64,000 nucleotides of DNA from Bdellovibrionota bacterium (lineage in GTDB: Bacteria; Bdellovibrionota_C; UBA2361; CALJRW01), in the NCBI GenBank assembly GCA_041740355.1, contig JBGSMD010000016.1:160001-224000 (forward strand), given 5' to 3'. Positions 21,101 through 30,206 of the stretch are shown piece after piece. Below the pieces are notes generated by a model. It saw only the letters and a list, made by a program, of their open reading frames with translations, did no database searches and had not been told where the DNA came from. How positions within the stretch are numbered: position 1 is the stretch's first letter; the number at the start of each line of letters is the position of its first letter. A program made the translations under genes and the position numbers.

Positions 21101-21618
21101 CCACCAGGTGTCTGGTTTAATAAATCACCAAGTTGATTGATAGTTGTGGGAGTTGGAGTAAAACCAAGTCCCTGAGCTGAGTTAGATAAATCGACATTAG
21201 TCACTCCAATGCAATCAGTAGCAACTGCATCAAAAAAATCTATTAAAGCCTGATCGATAATTGCCGTAGACGCTGCTAAATAAAGAGCTGCAGTAGAGTT
21301 TGCTCCAATAAACAGCGTGCCAGAATCCAATACGCCCGCTGCACAAATACCTACATTTTTTTCTATTAAATTATTTCGACAATGTTCGGCTAATATGTTT
21401 GTTGCCGCTTGGTCACAAGAAATAAGAGCATTCAAGCAAGCACCGATTGCTAATGCTCTTGTTTGAACATAAGTGTTACCTAAAGTTTCAATACTAGATT
21501 GGCAAGTTGCTGATTCCACACTTACTTGATTAATCGCATCTTCGCCGGAACCACCAATGGCCAAGGCTTGAAATGAGAATAATAAAATAGAGTAGAAAGC
21601 TATTAAAAATATTCTCAT
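18103..21618 (-). CDS. Secreted Cys-rich surface protein with ~55 CxxCxxG (GCC2/GCC3, ephrin-receptor-like) repeats
   Basis: Signal peptide (FQALA), Cys-containing helical N-domain, then 16-17-aa units CxxCPAGxFS; Lys-rich C-terminus and no transmembrane anchor. Confidence 0.88.
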   Translation of the reverse strand: MRIFLIAFYSILLFSFQALAIGGSGEDAINQVSVESATCQSSIETLGNTYVQTRALAIGACLNALISCDQAATNILAEHCRNNLIEKNVGICAAGVLDSGTLFIGANSTAALYLAASTAIIDQALIDFFDAVATDCIGVTNVDLSNSAQGLGFTPTPTTINQLGDLLNQTPGGFTCLSNAVVKESFPLVDRILIDIQDKHNTCIAVSGVSNLGDSCTLDIDCGATTGRCGKLSASLINSDGPGLLSCTLAAPCPEGFAKTPDARICEPCVKGSFTSTSGATACAFCAEGSYAPLEAANECLLCPQGKFSDAYGAEECTPCPAGEFNLGTGLTSCDPCPAGKFNSASGSTYCYNCPAGTTSPEGSNLCTNCLAGTFSTSGDSSCSQCVAGSFSSAAATSCTNCPAGKISTAGASLCTNCLAGTYSSSGDSICSQCAAGTFSSAAAGSCTNCPAGKISTVGASTCTDCLAGTYSTNGDSVCSQCVAGTFSSASAASCTNCPAGKISTDGASSCSSCVAGTYSASGDSVCSQCASGSYSTIGSDSCSLCPAGTKSENVGEASCVNCNAGYFSTVGSSTCEQCLAGTFSEEASGVCQPCAGGMISTAGASACTNCLGGTFASSGSSLCSACPAGKFSATASSSCTNCPIGTISAEGDSSCSDCPAGKYNDTPGSAICTNCAPGKYSSEAGLSECLSCPAGKYSGANASECTICSAGSFSNPSSSSCSACIAGTFSNAGDATCTPCSPGTYSDQGAGICTPCPEGTYSSIAGSSACLPCSDGTSSFEGSSICNPCPEGTIEISGICSACPAGKFAALGDLVCTDCLAGTFSISGSASCQSCPGGTFSSNNSASNCEPCAVGNFNYNIGQTSCQSCTAGTYANATGMLNCLDCPEGQISANGFTNCLSCGRGKYRSPDRTACLSCPSGFYNDNADADSCKSCAAGSFKSESGASACNDCIPGTVSVAEGSSVCEACPAGAFAENSRLSSCSTCPAGTFSLVGSSNCQDCPAGYFQANAAASSCLPCPFGSYSLAGARECIPCTKGSYSDTSPGTSCKDCEVGTFSSTAGQSSCTECSPGSFAAFEGSNNCIACPLGQYSSTGGASCLQCPLGEFSSNLGSVTCSKCFPGSYSPTLGASSCLACPKGSVTKKSGANKCKICKEGTKANRTKTKCVKVH
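20105..20535 (-). repeat. 144-bp (48-aa) higher-order tandem triplication inside the CxxCxxG array
   Basis: gtact.attttacc.gc.gg.caattagtaca recurs at ~20105, ~20249 and ~20393; unit CTNCLAGT.S..GDS.CSQC.AG.FSSA.A.SCTNCPAGKIST.GAS. Confidence 0.8.
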
Positions 21619-21648
21619 GTCATATTAATCATAAATTATATATGAACC

Positions 21649-23010
21649 TTAGATAGAAACTACCTTTTTTACAATCTTTAAAATTACTTGGGGCCGAAGA
21701 TAATGACTTAATTGGATTTTACGACTAATCTTTAGCAAATACTTTTGAGATAAAACAGCAGTTTCAATTGCTGGAGCTGACTGCGCCTGATTGGCGTTAA
21801 TTAATTTAATGCTTTGTTTTACTTCTTGAACCTGATCGTAATAAACCGTACCCGGATAGGGATGTGCAAAATGAACAGTTATTAAATCAGGCCTAATACC
21901 AAGTATAAAATCCTTAGCTTCTTTTACAGATTGCCGATCATCCCAAACAAAACCAATCATAATGTATGCTAAGGAGACAATTCCAAATTGATCGCATAAA
22001 CGCATGGTCTGTTCGGCACGAGAAAAATCAGTCCTTTTTAAAACTTGCTCAGCAATCCTTTTACTGGCAACGTCAACGCCAAAACTAATTCCGTAACACC
22101 CGGCTTCCTTCATTGCCTTAATAATATCGGCATCAACTCGATCGATCCTAGTAGTAGTAACCCATTTTGCTTCCGGACAATTAATTTTAATTGCCTCGCA
22201 AGTCGCGATTACCCATTTTTTATCTTGAGTAAAGGTATCGGCTCTCAAATAAAAATATTTCGTGCCTGCAACAATTAATTCTGACATCTCCTTGGTAATA
22301 CTTTCTGGAGAACGATGCCTGGCTTGATTCCCATTTACCAAATGCACCAAGCAGTATGTACAAGTGTAAGGACATCCTCGCTGTACACGAATTGTTGCTT
22401 GATTTTTATTGCGCCCGCGCACCCGATACAAACTAGACTTTAAAATTTTTCTATCTGGCAGCGGCAATAAATCCAAATTCTTTTCCAATAAGGGAACTGG
22501 ATGCTCGATGTATTTTTCATCGTGCAGATAAGCAGTACCAAGAGCTTCTCGGTAACCCAATGTTAATAATGATTTAAAAACATTTTCGTACTCACCACGG
22601 ATGCAGAATGTAATCGCATTTGACTGCCTTAAAATTCTCTCACTGTTAACATAACAAGGAGCTCCGCGTAAACAGATATCTATCTCAGGAAAGCTCCTTC
22701 TTAAGATCTTTGCCCATTCCAAATCTAATTCCAGACTGCCGAAGGTTGTCACAACAACTAAAAGATCTGGTGAGTAATCTTTTATTCTACTAATAAACTT
22801 TTTATCTGATAATTTTTCTGCTGGGGCATCAATTAAGCTAGCGTTAGCTCCGAGAGCCTTAATTGCACCAGCAGATTCGCACTCTTCTAAAGGAGCTCGC
22901 ATCGAAGGAATTAATTCAAATTTAAAAAAAGATTGGCAACGATCCTCGCGACAGTATGAACCTGTTGGACAGAAAAGAAATAAAACTTTGTGGTAGAATA
23001 AGTTAGTCAA
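21649..23010 (-). CDS. B12-binding-domain radical SAM enzyme (HpnJ-like / class B)
   Basis: RGCPYTCTYC (CxxxCxxC), N-terminal cobalamin-binding Rossmann segment (IRGEYE), PYPGT motif; TTG start. Confidence 0.88.
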   Translation of the reverse strand: MTNLFYHKVLFLFCPTGSYCREDRCQSFFKFELIPSMRAPLEECESAGAIKALGANASLIDAPAEKLSDKKFISRIKDYSPDLLVVVTTFGSLELDLEWAKILRRSFPEIDICLRGAPCYVNSERILRQSNAITFCIRGEYENVFKSLLTLGYREALGTAYLHDEKYIEHPVPLLEKNLDLLPLPDRKILKSSLYRVRGRNKNQATIRVQRGCPYTCTYCLVHLVNGNQARHRSPESITKEMSELIVAGTKYFYLRADTFTQDKKWVIATCEAIKINCPEAKWVTTTRIDRVDADIIKAMKEAGCYGISFGVDVASKRIAEQVLKRTDFSRAEQTMRLCDQFGIVSLAYIMIGFVWDDRQSVKEAKDFILGIRPDLITVHFAHPYPGTVYYDQVQEVKQSIKLINANQAQSAPAIETAVLSQKYLLKISRKIQLSHYLRPQVILKIVKKVVSI

Positions 23011-23127
23011 AATATCTAATAATATTAGTTAGCTTTAAGATCATTAGTGTTATAATCTTTTCCATAAATTCTTGCCATTGTAGTCTTTTATCTAAAATAC
23101 TATTTTTATTTACTTTCCTAAGTAAAA

Positions 23128-23178
23128 GGTACTGAGCGACATTGAAATTTAACGTTTAAAATTTGGTCGACTAATACC
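23128..23178 (+). repeat. ~52-bp palindromic repeat family B, copy 3 (degenerate)
   Basis: ggtactgagcgacattgaaatttaacgtttaaaatttggtcgactaatacc; shares gcgacattgaaa exactly with 6959-7010. Confidence 0.55.
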
Positions 23179-23267
23179 TATAGGACAGCTTGGATTTTAA
23201 CTATATAAAATAAGGGAAAAAACTAGCAAAACAAATTTACTAAAACCCAATGTGCTGAAAAAGCTGT

Positions 23268-23297
23268 ACTTGTCCGCCGAAGCTTTAGCGTTGGAGA
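23268..23297 (+). repeat. REP-like repeat family A, copy 2
   Basis: acttgtccgccgaagctttagcgttggaga. Confidence 0.8.
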
Positions 23298-23408
23298 AAG
23301 CTTTTTTTGCAAGCAGTCAGGTCATTACTTAATGCGTTATAGTATATCAGAAATGCTTTGTATTGATTAACTAAGCAATTGATAATTTACTTTTAAAAAT
23401 TACTTTCC

Positions 23409-24866
23409 TTGAAAAGCCATAACATTACCTCATTTCTTTTTAGCTTATTAATACTTCTAATTATTGGATTAGTTTATTCACCCGTAAGAAATCATAGTTT
23501 TCTAAATATTGATGATAATGTCTTTGTTACTGCAAATCCAAATGTAGTTTTAGGTCTTACTTGGGATAATATTAAATGGGCTTTTCGAGAGCCCTATGCT
23601 GGACAGTGGCAGCCAATTACTTGGATTAGCCATATGATTGATATTGAATTTTACGGCCTATGGGCTGGTGGCCATCATCTAACAAATGCCATTATTCACG
23701 CCTTAAGTGTTTTAATTTTATTTTTTATTTTGCTGAGAATTAGAACTAAGCACTTAGTAGCATTTCTATTATGTCTGCTTTGGGGGTTGCATCCTCTACG
23801 TCTCGAATCTGTTGCTTGGGTAGCAGAAAGAAAAGATGTACTTAGCATCTTTTTTGGCCTTTCGGGATTACTGATTTATCTTACTCAACTTCGCTCTCAA
23901 ATTCTTAAACTCACTTTAGTTACTTGCTGCTATACTTTAGGATTACTTTGCAAACCAATCATTATTACCTTTCCCTTATTACTTATAATTCTAGATCTCT
24001 CGATACTAGCTCGGTTTGAAAATTGGAAAAAATTAATTATAGAGAAGCTACCATTGTTTTTAATAGCAATTATTTCGGCGCTAATCACAATCTCGGCACA
24101 ACAAGCCGATCAATCTCTGAATTCCCTATCAGGATTAACAATCCAAGATAGATTAGAAATTTCGACTACTGCCATCTTGGCCTATCTTGCAAAATTCTTT
24201 TGGCCTGTTGGCGGTGGAATTTTTTATCCTGTAGTAGATTATCCTCCCGGAGTTGGTGAAGGGGCCCTGCTAGTCTTGGGAATTTTACTTTCTATCTCGA
24301 TTAAAAATTATCAAAAACATCCTTACTATCTATTAAGTTTGGCTTGGCTAATAATATCCTCCCTGCCAATTATAGGTATTATGCATATTGGTGGACAATC
24401 TCTGGCTGATCGCTGGACTTATTTCCCGCATGTGGGTCTAACTCTGGCGCTTGCTCTTTATCTAAACAGGTGGCCAAAATTAAATTACTATCAATTAGTC
24501 TTTTTTGTAATTCTAACAACAATCTATGCTTTCTTAAGCATTTCTCAACTTCCCAATTGGAAGAATAATCAAAGTATTTATAGTTATACTTTGAAAATTT
24601 CGCCTAATAATTTCATGGCACATACTAATTTAGGTGCTGCCTATGATGCTGACGGGCGATTAGATTTAGCCACTACCCATTTTGAGGAAGCTGCCCGACT
24701 TAATCCAACATATCCAGAAGCATTAAATAACTTGGGAAGTCTAAGAGCACGACAAGGTAAAATTAATGAAGCAATTTCACTTTTTGAAAAAACATTAATA
24801 ATTAGACCTAATTTCATAAATGCCCAAAAAAACTTAACCTTAGCTCGGACATTAAAAACTGAATAA
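23409..24866 (+). CDS. TMTC-like GT-C membrane glycosyltransferase with C-terminal TPRs
   Basis: DD loop (NIDDNVFV), W.P.TW.SH, HPLRLESVAWVAERKDVL, EKLP and ADRWTY.P motifs; multiple TM helices; TPRs (AHTNLG, ALNNLG). Confidence 0.85.
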   Translation: MKSHNITSFLFSLLILLIIGLVYSPVRNHSFLNIDDNVFVTANPNVVLGLTWDNIKWAFREPYAGQWQPITWISHMIDIEFYGLWAGGHHLTNAIIHALSVLILFFILLRIRTKHLVAFLLCLLWGLHPLRLESVAWVAERKDVLSIFFGLSGLLIYLTQLRSQILKLTLVTCCYTLGLLCKPIIITFPLLLIILDLSILARFENWKKLIIEKLPLFLIAIISALITISAQQADQSLNSLSGLTIQDRLEISTTAILAYLAKFFWPVGGGIFYPVVDYPPGVGEGALLVLGILLSISIKNYQKHPYYLLSLAWLIISSLPIIGIMHIGGQSLADRWTYFPHVGLTLALALYLNRWPKLNYYQLVFFVILTTIYAFLSISQLPNWKNNQSIYSYTLKISPNNFMAHTNLGAAYDADGRLDLATTHFEEAARLNPTYPEALNNLGSLRARQGKINEAISLFEKTLIIRPNFINAQKNLTLARTLKTE

Positions 24867-24965
24867 ATCTATCAACGTGAACATCTCTGGAATAATGCTG
24901 TTCTATACATAACCAATTAAATACTGACCTGACACAATTTGAAAAAATGCATTTAATGCCTTCCG

Positions 24966-24996
24966 ACTTGCCCGCCGAAGCTTTAGCACAAGTGGA
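24966..24996 (+). repeat. REP-like repeat family A, copy 3
   Basis: acttgcccgccgaagctttagcacaagtgga, between convergent genes. Confidence 0.8.
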
Positions 24997-25008
24997 TGCA
25001 ATATCAGT

Positions 25009-25530
25009 TTATGTGGCTTTTAGTTTTATAGGCATTAGAAGATCTTCCAGAAAAAACGCTGATAATTCAGAGCGGCCAGATAATCCAGATTTAGAGTATA
25101 CAGCCATTGACTGGGCACGAGCTGTTTTCTCTGAAGTGTTACGAATTGATGCAATTTCTTTTAAGCTCAAGCCCTTTAATAGTAACAATGCTACCTCTTT
25201 CTCCGCAACCGAGAGATGCCATAAACTCAATTGTTGATCAATCGCCAGAGAGAGGCCTTCAATATATTTAATTGCTTTAAGGCGCCATAAATCTGCCTCC
25301 TCCTTGTATTTAACATGAGCCTTGATCTCATCTGCTAATAAGTGTTTAAGCGTTGAAGTTCCTCGAAGAATAATAAAAACCCCAAAGATTGCGACTGTTC
25401 CAATTGCTCCCTCTACCAGAACATGCCAAAAGCTTAAGCCATCCTGCAGATCAACTACTATATCAACGACTACCATAACGACAATCAGGGCCAGAACAAC
25501 GGCAATAATAATTCTTTCTTTAGTATTCAA
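25009..25530 (-). CDS. Membrane-anchored LuxR-type HTH regulator
   Basis: Two N-terminal TM helices; W.LS.AEKEVALLLLKGLSLKEIA.IR.TSEKT.R.Q...VY.K.GLSGR. Confidence 0.9.
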   Translation of the reverse strand: MNTKERIIIAVVLALIVVMVVVDIVVDLQDGLSFWHVLVEGAIGTVAIFGVFIILRGTSTLKHLLADEIKAHVKYKEEADLWRLKAIKYIEGLSLAIDQQLSLWHLSVAEKEVALLLLKGLSLKEIASIRNTSEKTARAQSMAVYSKSGLSGRSELSAFFLEDLLMPIKLKAT

Positions 25531-25761
25531 TCAATTCTTATCTTAAAGGAGTAAATTAAATTTTACTTATTAATGATAAACATTTTACAGTTCAAAACTA
25601 ACTTTTTTAAAAGTTATAAATAAATTTAAAGATGTACAAACAAGTTTTAATAAATTTAATTCAATAATCTATACTGCGTAAAAGTTAGAGGAGCTCGATC
25701 TATAAACTTGACTTACAGAAAAGTCCTTTAAATATTTAGTAGTGACTTACCATAAAGTATC

Positions 25762-26532
25762 TCAATCCCTATTACGCTTTCTGCTATTACTATTATTCTT
25801 TTTCTGATTTTTTATAGATTTTTTATGATTTTCTTTAGATTCATTCTCTTCACTTTCTCCCAAACTTAGCATAGTCCCAAAGATATTTATACTTCTCCTT
25901 GAGCTATTATAATTAACTCCAAGATATACCCCAAAAATAATCACCAATCCTAGAAAAATTAATCCTAAAGTTGTCCGATTAGAAGAAGAATCTGCATTTG
26001 GCAGAAGATCTTTTTTCCGTCCACCGATCATACTTAAGCTAATCATTTCTCGATGACGAAGAGTATGGAGAACAATTCCACAAATATGAAGTATTACAAC
26101 GATAATAAATGCATTTGCTAATAATTCATGGAGTTCTTCGTAAAAATCATTTTCACCTCCACTACTCATTAAATATCCAGTAATTCCAAGTCCTAAAGCT
26201 AACGCTAACATTATTACCGTCACCCAACTTGACGCTGGGTTATGTCCATGCCAACGCTTTTTATCTCCAGTCAAAATACCTTTAAAGTAATGAAATAAAT
26301 CGCGTGGATCAAACGAAAATCTTGAGAATTTTGAGTAATTACCACCAACTATTCCCAGAATAATTCTTAAAAATGCAACAAAGACTAAAAGCATTCCTGC
26401 TAGCATATGCCACGAAAACAGGGAAGAGTCGTCGTCAACGGTCTTAGAAATAATAAATGCAATTAAGAAAAAGCCAGCAAAGAGCCAATGGAATATTCTT
26501 GTGGGCAAATCATAAAGATAATAAGGTTTCAT
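25762..26532 (-). CDS. Cytochrome b/b6-domain protein (Ni/Fe-hydrogenase b-type cytochrome family)
   Basis: DLPTRIFHW, H...G, GHNP, ELHE and LHI.G haem-ligand motifs. Confidence 0.9.
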   Translation of the reverse strand: MKPYYLYDLPTRIFHWLFAGFFLIAFIISKTVDDDSSLFSWHMLAGMLLVFVAFLRIILGIVGGNYSKFSRFSFDPRDLFHYFKGILTGDKKRWHGHNPASSWVTVIMLALALGLGITGYLMSSGGENDFYEELHELLANAFIIVVILHICGIVLHTLRHREMISLSMIGGRKKDLLPNADSSSNRTTLGLIFLGLVIIFGVYLGVNYNSSRRSINIFGTMLSLGESEENESKENHKKSIKNQKKNNSNSRKRNRD

Positions 26533-27180
26533 AAAATTCTCTGATAAATAAAAAGTAAGGAAATTCCCCTGCTACTCCTAAGAAGTATTCTCGATTTAGC
26601 CTTTAAAATATTACAGCGCATCTTATGCTTTAGTGGTCTAGAATCGGGGCATCCGACAGCCAAAATAAAAAATTATGGTTTTAAGTAATTTTCAATTTTA
26701 AACCATGATAAAGATAAGTAATTTTTAATTTATATTCCATTGACCATATGCCCCATATTTGCCCAAACTTTGATTAAGACCATTTTAAGACTAAGTTTTT
26801 TGGGCTAAGTCTTTTCTGTGACTAATATAGTAAGCTAATAAAGTAATCTCTAAAAACTTTTTAGAAAGCTCTGTTGGATTGGTGATAATGGTTTTTGAAC
26901 TTTGTTAACTTAACTATTAAATTTATAATTTCCAGATTATTAGTTTTAACATACATTCATAAATTTCAGTCATATTGGTTTATAGAACTTTTGTAGTACA
27001 TTAATATTTTGTATTGAAAACTATGAAAGTCGGCTTAAATTTAAATGCTAAGATATTAAACTAGGCAGTTTTCCATCAATAACTTACTTGCAATACCAAG
27101 CAATTTAATCAAGATCATTAATTTATTAGAGTATTCCAATACCTATTCAGTATGACCCCTTGAGAAATTCAAAAAAAGCT

Positions 27181-27211
27181 CCGACCTTCGATTAAGCTTC
27201 GTCGGTGGACA
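27181..27211 (-). repeat. REP-like repeat family A, copy 4 (degenerate, reverse strand)
   Basis: Reverse complement tgtccaccgacgaagcttaatcgaaggtcgg. Confidence 0.55.
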
Positions 27212-27455
27212 TTTTTTCCTTTTTTTAAAGATTGGTTTTGTATATTTGTTTCCCTAGTTATTAACTTTAATTATAGAAGTTAAATAATCCAGCGTCACTC
27301 CTTGGATTGCTTCAAGCATAAAGTTTCCAAAGACATAATAAATTTCTTTAATTATTCAATTCGTTTAACTGACTAAAGAGAGTGATATGATCACTGTCAT
27401 AGTCATTACTTACAAATCAGATATTATTTCTTTTTAATAATCTCAAGGAAAACAA

Positions 27456-27971
27456 ATGAAAAAAACTACACTAATTATATGTGTTCTCTTATTGGCAAAT
27501 TTTTGTTTTGCAGAAACAACCACTACAGAAGTTACCAAAACACTTAATGATGGAACTACCGAAGTATCTCAAAAAACCATTGAGAGAAATCAAGGTATGA
27601 ATGGCACGATTATCACCGAAACAAATTTTACTAAAAAACAAGGCCTTGCCGGAACTACGGTTTCCTCGACGACGGGAACATTCCATGTCAAATCTTTAAC
27701 TCCTGAAGTAATAAATATTAGGCCAGGATTAATTAATGAAACTGTAACCCTTGAAGGTGAGAACTTAGATAAAATTGAAAGCATTTATTTGATTAAAAAC
27801 GGAGAAATTGTTGATTCAGTTCAAATTAAGTTAGATCAAGTTGTTAATAATACAAGAAAAATTAATTTAATGTTCAATGAAAATTATGTCCAAGATGGCG
27901 ACTTAAAGTTTGTTGTTGTGAGTGGGAAAGAAGTTGTTTCAATTCCAGGAACAGTGACCTACGTAAAGTAG
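27456..27971 (+). CDS. Secreted hypothetical protein with a Thr-rich N-region and IPT/TIG-like beta domain
   Basis: Signal peptide (FCFA), AAGGA RBS, 'VKSLTP...VTLEGENL' IPT-like pattern. Confidence 0.65.
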   Translation: MKKTTLIICVLLLANFCFAETTTTEVTKTLNDGTTEVSQKTIERNQGMNGTIITETNFTKKQGLAGTTVSSTTGTFHVKSLTPEVINIRPGLINETVTLEGENLDKIESIYLIKNGEIVDSVQIKLDQVVNNTRKINLMFNENYVQDGDLKFVVVSGKEVVSIPGTVTYVK

Positions 27972-28011
27972 TCTAAAAATAATTATTGTATATCAAGCAC
28001 GTGGTGCTTCA

Positions 28012-28031
28012 AGCGACCCCTTTGGGTCGCT
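28012..28031. terminator. GC-rich hairpin between convergent genes
   Basis: agcgaccc-cttt-gggtcgct, preceded by a second hairpin aagcac-gtg-gtgctt. Confidence 0.6.
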
Positions 28032-28067
28032 AAGGTACATGGCATTTAATCCTAATACTTTATGTAA

Positions 28068-30206
28068 CTAAATATTATCTACCAATATTCCTAGAGCATT
28101 TAATTCACTTTCTAGGGTAGACAGACTATGATCTAACATAATATTCACAGATTTTTGCTCAATGGAATTAGACAATGCTTTTTGAGTAGCTACATATAGC
28201 TTTTTAATTTTCTTACCAGGCTTAGTTCTACCAGCAGATTTACAGGCAGATTTATACTGATTTGTACAAAACGGACTAACCGGAGTTGTGCTACTAGCAG
28301 CTCTGACTGTTTGAAGACTTTTTACATAATATAAAAGTTCTTTATTCACTGCTGTCTGCAATTTCTTTGATAGCTTTATTTTACCAACAAAATCATTTGC
28401 AATTTCAGCGTATAATGGATGAGGAGATCTTAAAGAAAATAGTCTGTTAAAAGAAACTAGTATTTCTTCAAGTTGAACTTCTAAATTAGTAACTTCTGCA
28501 AGCTTGGTATTATTTGTATTAATCCCGGTTAGAAGTTTACTTTTGTTATTTTCTAACTCATTTACTTCTAGTTGAATTGTACTCAGGCTCTCAGGTAAAA
28601 AATATTGGGCATCGTCAATGATCTGATCATTTCTTAATTCAATGATTAACTCATAGGTTGAGATTGCTTCGCCTAATCCCCCATTTCCAGTTTCCCCTTC
28701 AGCCGAAGCAATATTTAAACTCATAACTTTAAGGCTATCTGATGCTGAGATTAATTCTGCTTCTAAAACCTCAAATCCTGATTTAATTAAGGCCTCAAGA
28801 CGTTTAGATACTGTTTCAACACTGACATTAAAGTCAGCACTTGTAGAATCCAAACTAGCTAAAGCTAATATTTCATTAAGAGCAGTAATAACTAATTTTC
28901 TATTTGCTAGTAAAATGCTTTTTTTGACAGCCTCAAGACGCTTAAAGTTCTTAGACTGAGAAAAAACTGCAAGTTTCCAGGCAGGTGAGGTATACTGATT
29001 ATTTGGTTTATCTAGAAAAAATGCATTCGCTGCAGCAATAGTTGAAATGCTTTGATATATTTTCCTAATTTGCTCTAAGCGCTTAAGCTGTCCATCAAGT
29101 TGGTTAATTTCAGTTTCTAAGTCATTCGCTAATAAACCATATTCTATTGCGACGTTGTAACGGCCACGCTTAATCTCTAAGTCAATTTTATTTTGTAAAT
29201 CTGCGTAGATATTATATTTAGTACCTCGGCAAGACTTCCAACTACTCAGTAAGCCCGGCCATGAAATCCCATCTTCATCACGAAAACCACCAAAAAGATC
29301 ATCAATGTCTTTTGGAGAAGACTTTAAGTTTGGTTGCTGTCCTGTTCTGGTAGAGCTCCATTTACTTACATTATAATCTGGCTTTGTTAGTAAGGTAGTT
29401 ACCCAATTTTTAGTATACTCGACTAATATATCATTTTGTTCTTTAAGATTTGAAAAATATGGTGTTCCACTTTCACAAAGGTTGGATAAATTCCCTTTGG
29501 TATTATCTAAGTCTGCTCCGGAGTCTAATCTAGAAACATCATGTAAGATTTCTTCCTGATTTGAAAGCAAGGCAATTTTTAAATTTAAGAAATGATCAAA
29601 ACCAAGGACTGTAAGTGTTGAACTCGGATTAGTGATCGCAACTTTTAAATCTTTGGAGTGCTTCTGAATTTTTACTTTGTTTTGAGTAACCAGATCCTTT
29701 AAATTAATAATTTCCTGATTCAATTGAGCAATCATCAAGGAAAGTGCTTTGCGGCGGTTTTGAAAATGCTGTCCATAATTGCCACTCGAAAGTGTTTCCT
29801 CACTAAATTCGATTCCTGCCTGCTGACGATAATAATCAGACATGCTCACAAGTTGATTGCTAAATTCTACTATGTTTGGATAAATATCCAGCTGAGCTTT
29901 TACTGAATAAAGGTCAAGTAATTTTTGCTCTAACTTTGTCTCTACTTCATTTAAGACTTGTTCTTTACTGTTATTATCTTGTTTTAAGTCAGCTTCGTAA
30001 GAGGATAAATAATCTAGTTTACTATCGATTTGAGATTGATTTTTTTGGTAATAACTACTTAGCTTGTTTTGACTTTCAATCAAAAGGTTTGCCGCGTTAT
30101 CAAGGGTATAACGCGCCTGAGGAGTTAGAGATGAACTCTGCGCCAGACAGACAGAATGACCAACTATTAAGATAACTAAACTTAGTGAGGATATTATTTT
30201 CAACAT
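28068..30206 (-). CDS. Secreted coiled-coil hypothetical protein with a basic C-terminal domain
   Basis: 712-aa ORF with signal peptide (VCLA), heptad-rich sequence and a Lys-rich C-terminal segment containing a Cys pair. Confidence 0.75.
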   Translation of the reverse strand: MLKIISSLSLVILIVGHSVCLAQSSSLTPQARYTLDNAANLLIESQNKLSSYYQKNQSQIDSKLDYLSSYEADLKQDNNSKEQVLNEVETKLEQKLLDLYSVKAQLDIYPNIVEFSNQLVSMSDYYRQQAGIEFSEETLSSGNYGQHFQNRRKALSLMIAQLNQEIINLKDLVTQNKVKIQKHSKDLKVAITNPSSTLTVLGFDHFLNLKIALLSNQEEILHDVSRLDSGADLDNTKGNLSNLCESGTPYFSNLKEQNDILVEYTKNWVTTLLTKPDYNVSKWSSTRTGQQPNLKSSPKDIDDLFGGFRDEDGISWPGLLSSWKSCRGTKYNIYADLQNKIDLEIKRGRYNVAIEYGLLANDLETEINQLDGQLKRLEQIRKIYQSISTIAAANAFFLDKPNNQYTSPAWKLAVFSQSKNFKRLEAVKKSILLANRKLVITALNEILALASLDSTSADFNVSVETVSKRLEALIKSGFEVLEAELISASDSLKVMSLNIASAEGETGNGGLGEAISTYELIIELRNDQIIDDAQYFLPESLSTIQLEVNELENNKSKLLTGINTNNTKLAEVTNLEVQLEEILVSFNRLFSLRSPHPLYAEIANDFVGKIKLSKKLQTAVNKELLYYVKSLQTVRAASSTTPVSPFCTNQYKSACKSAGRTKPGKKIKKLYVATQKALSNSIEQKSVNIMLDHSLSTLESELNALGILVDNI

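Noticed and set aside
18213-21136. Alternative-frame and antisense ORFs within the CxxCxxG gene
   Set aside because: Produced by codon periodicity of the repeats; fully nested in a long credible CDS
24947-25237. 96-aa plus-strand ORF
   Set aside because: Antisense to the LuxR gene, and its N-terminus is a translation of REP-like repeat A
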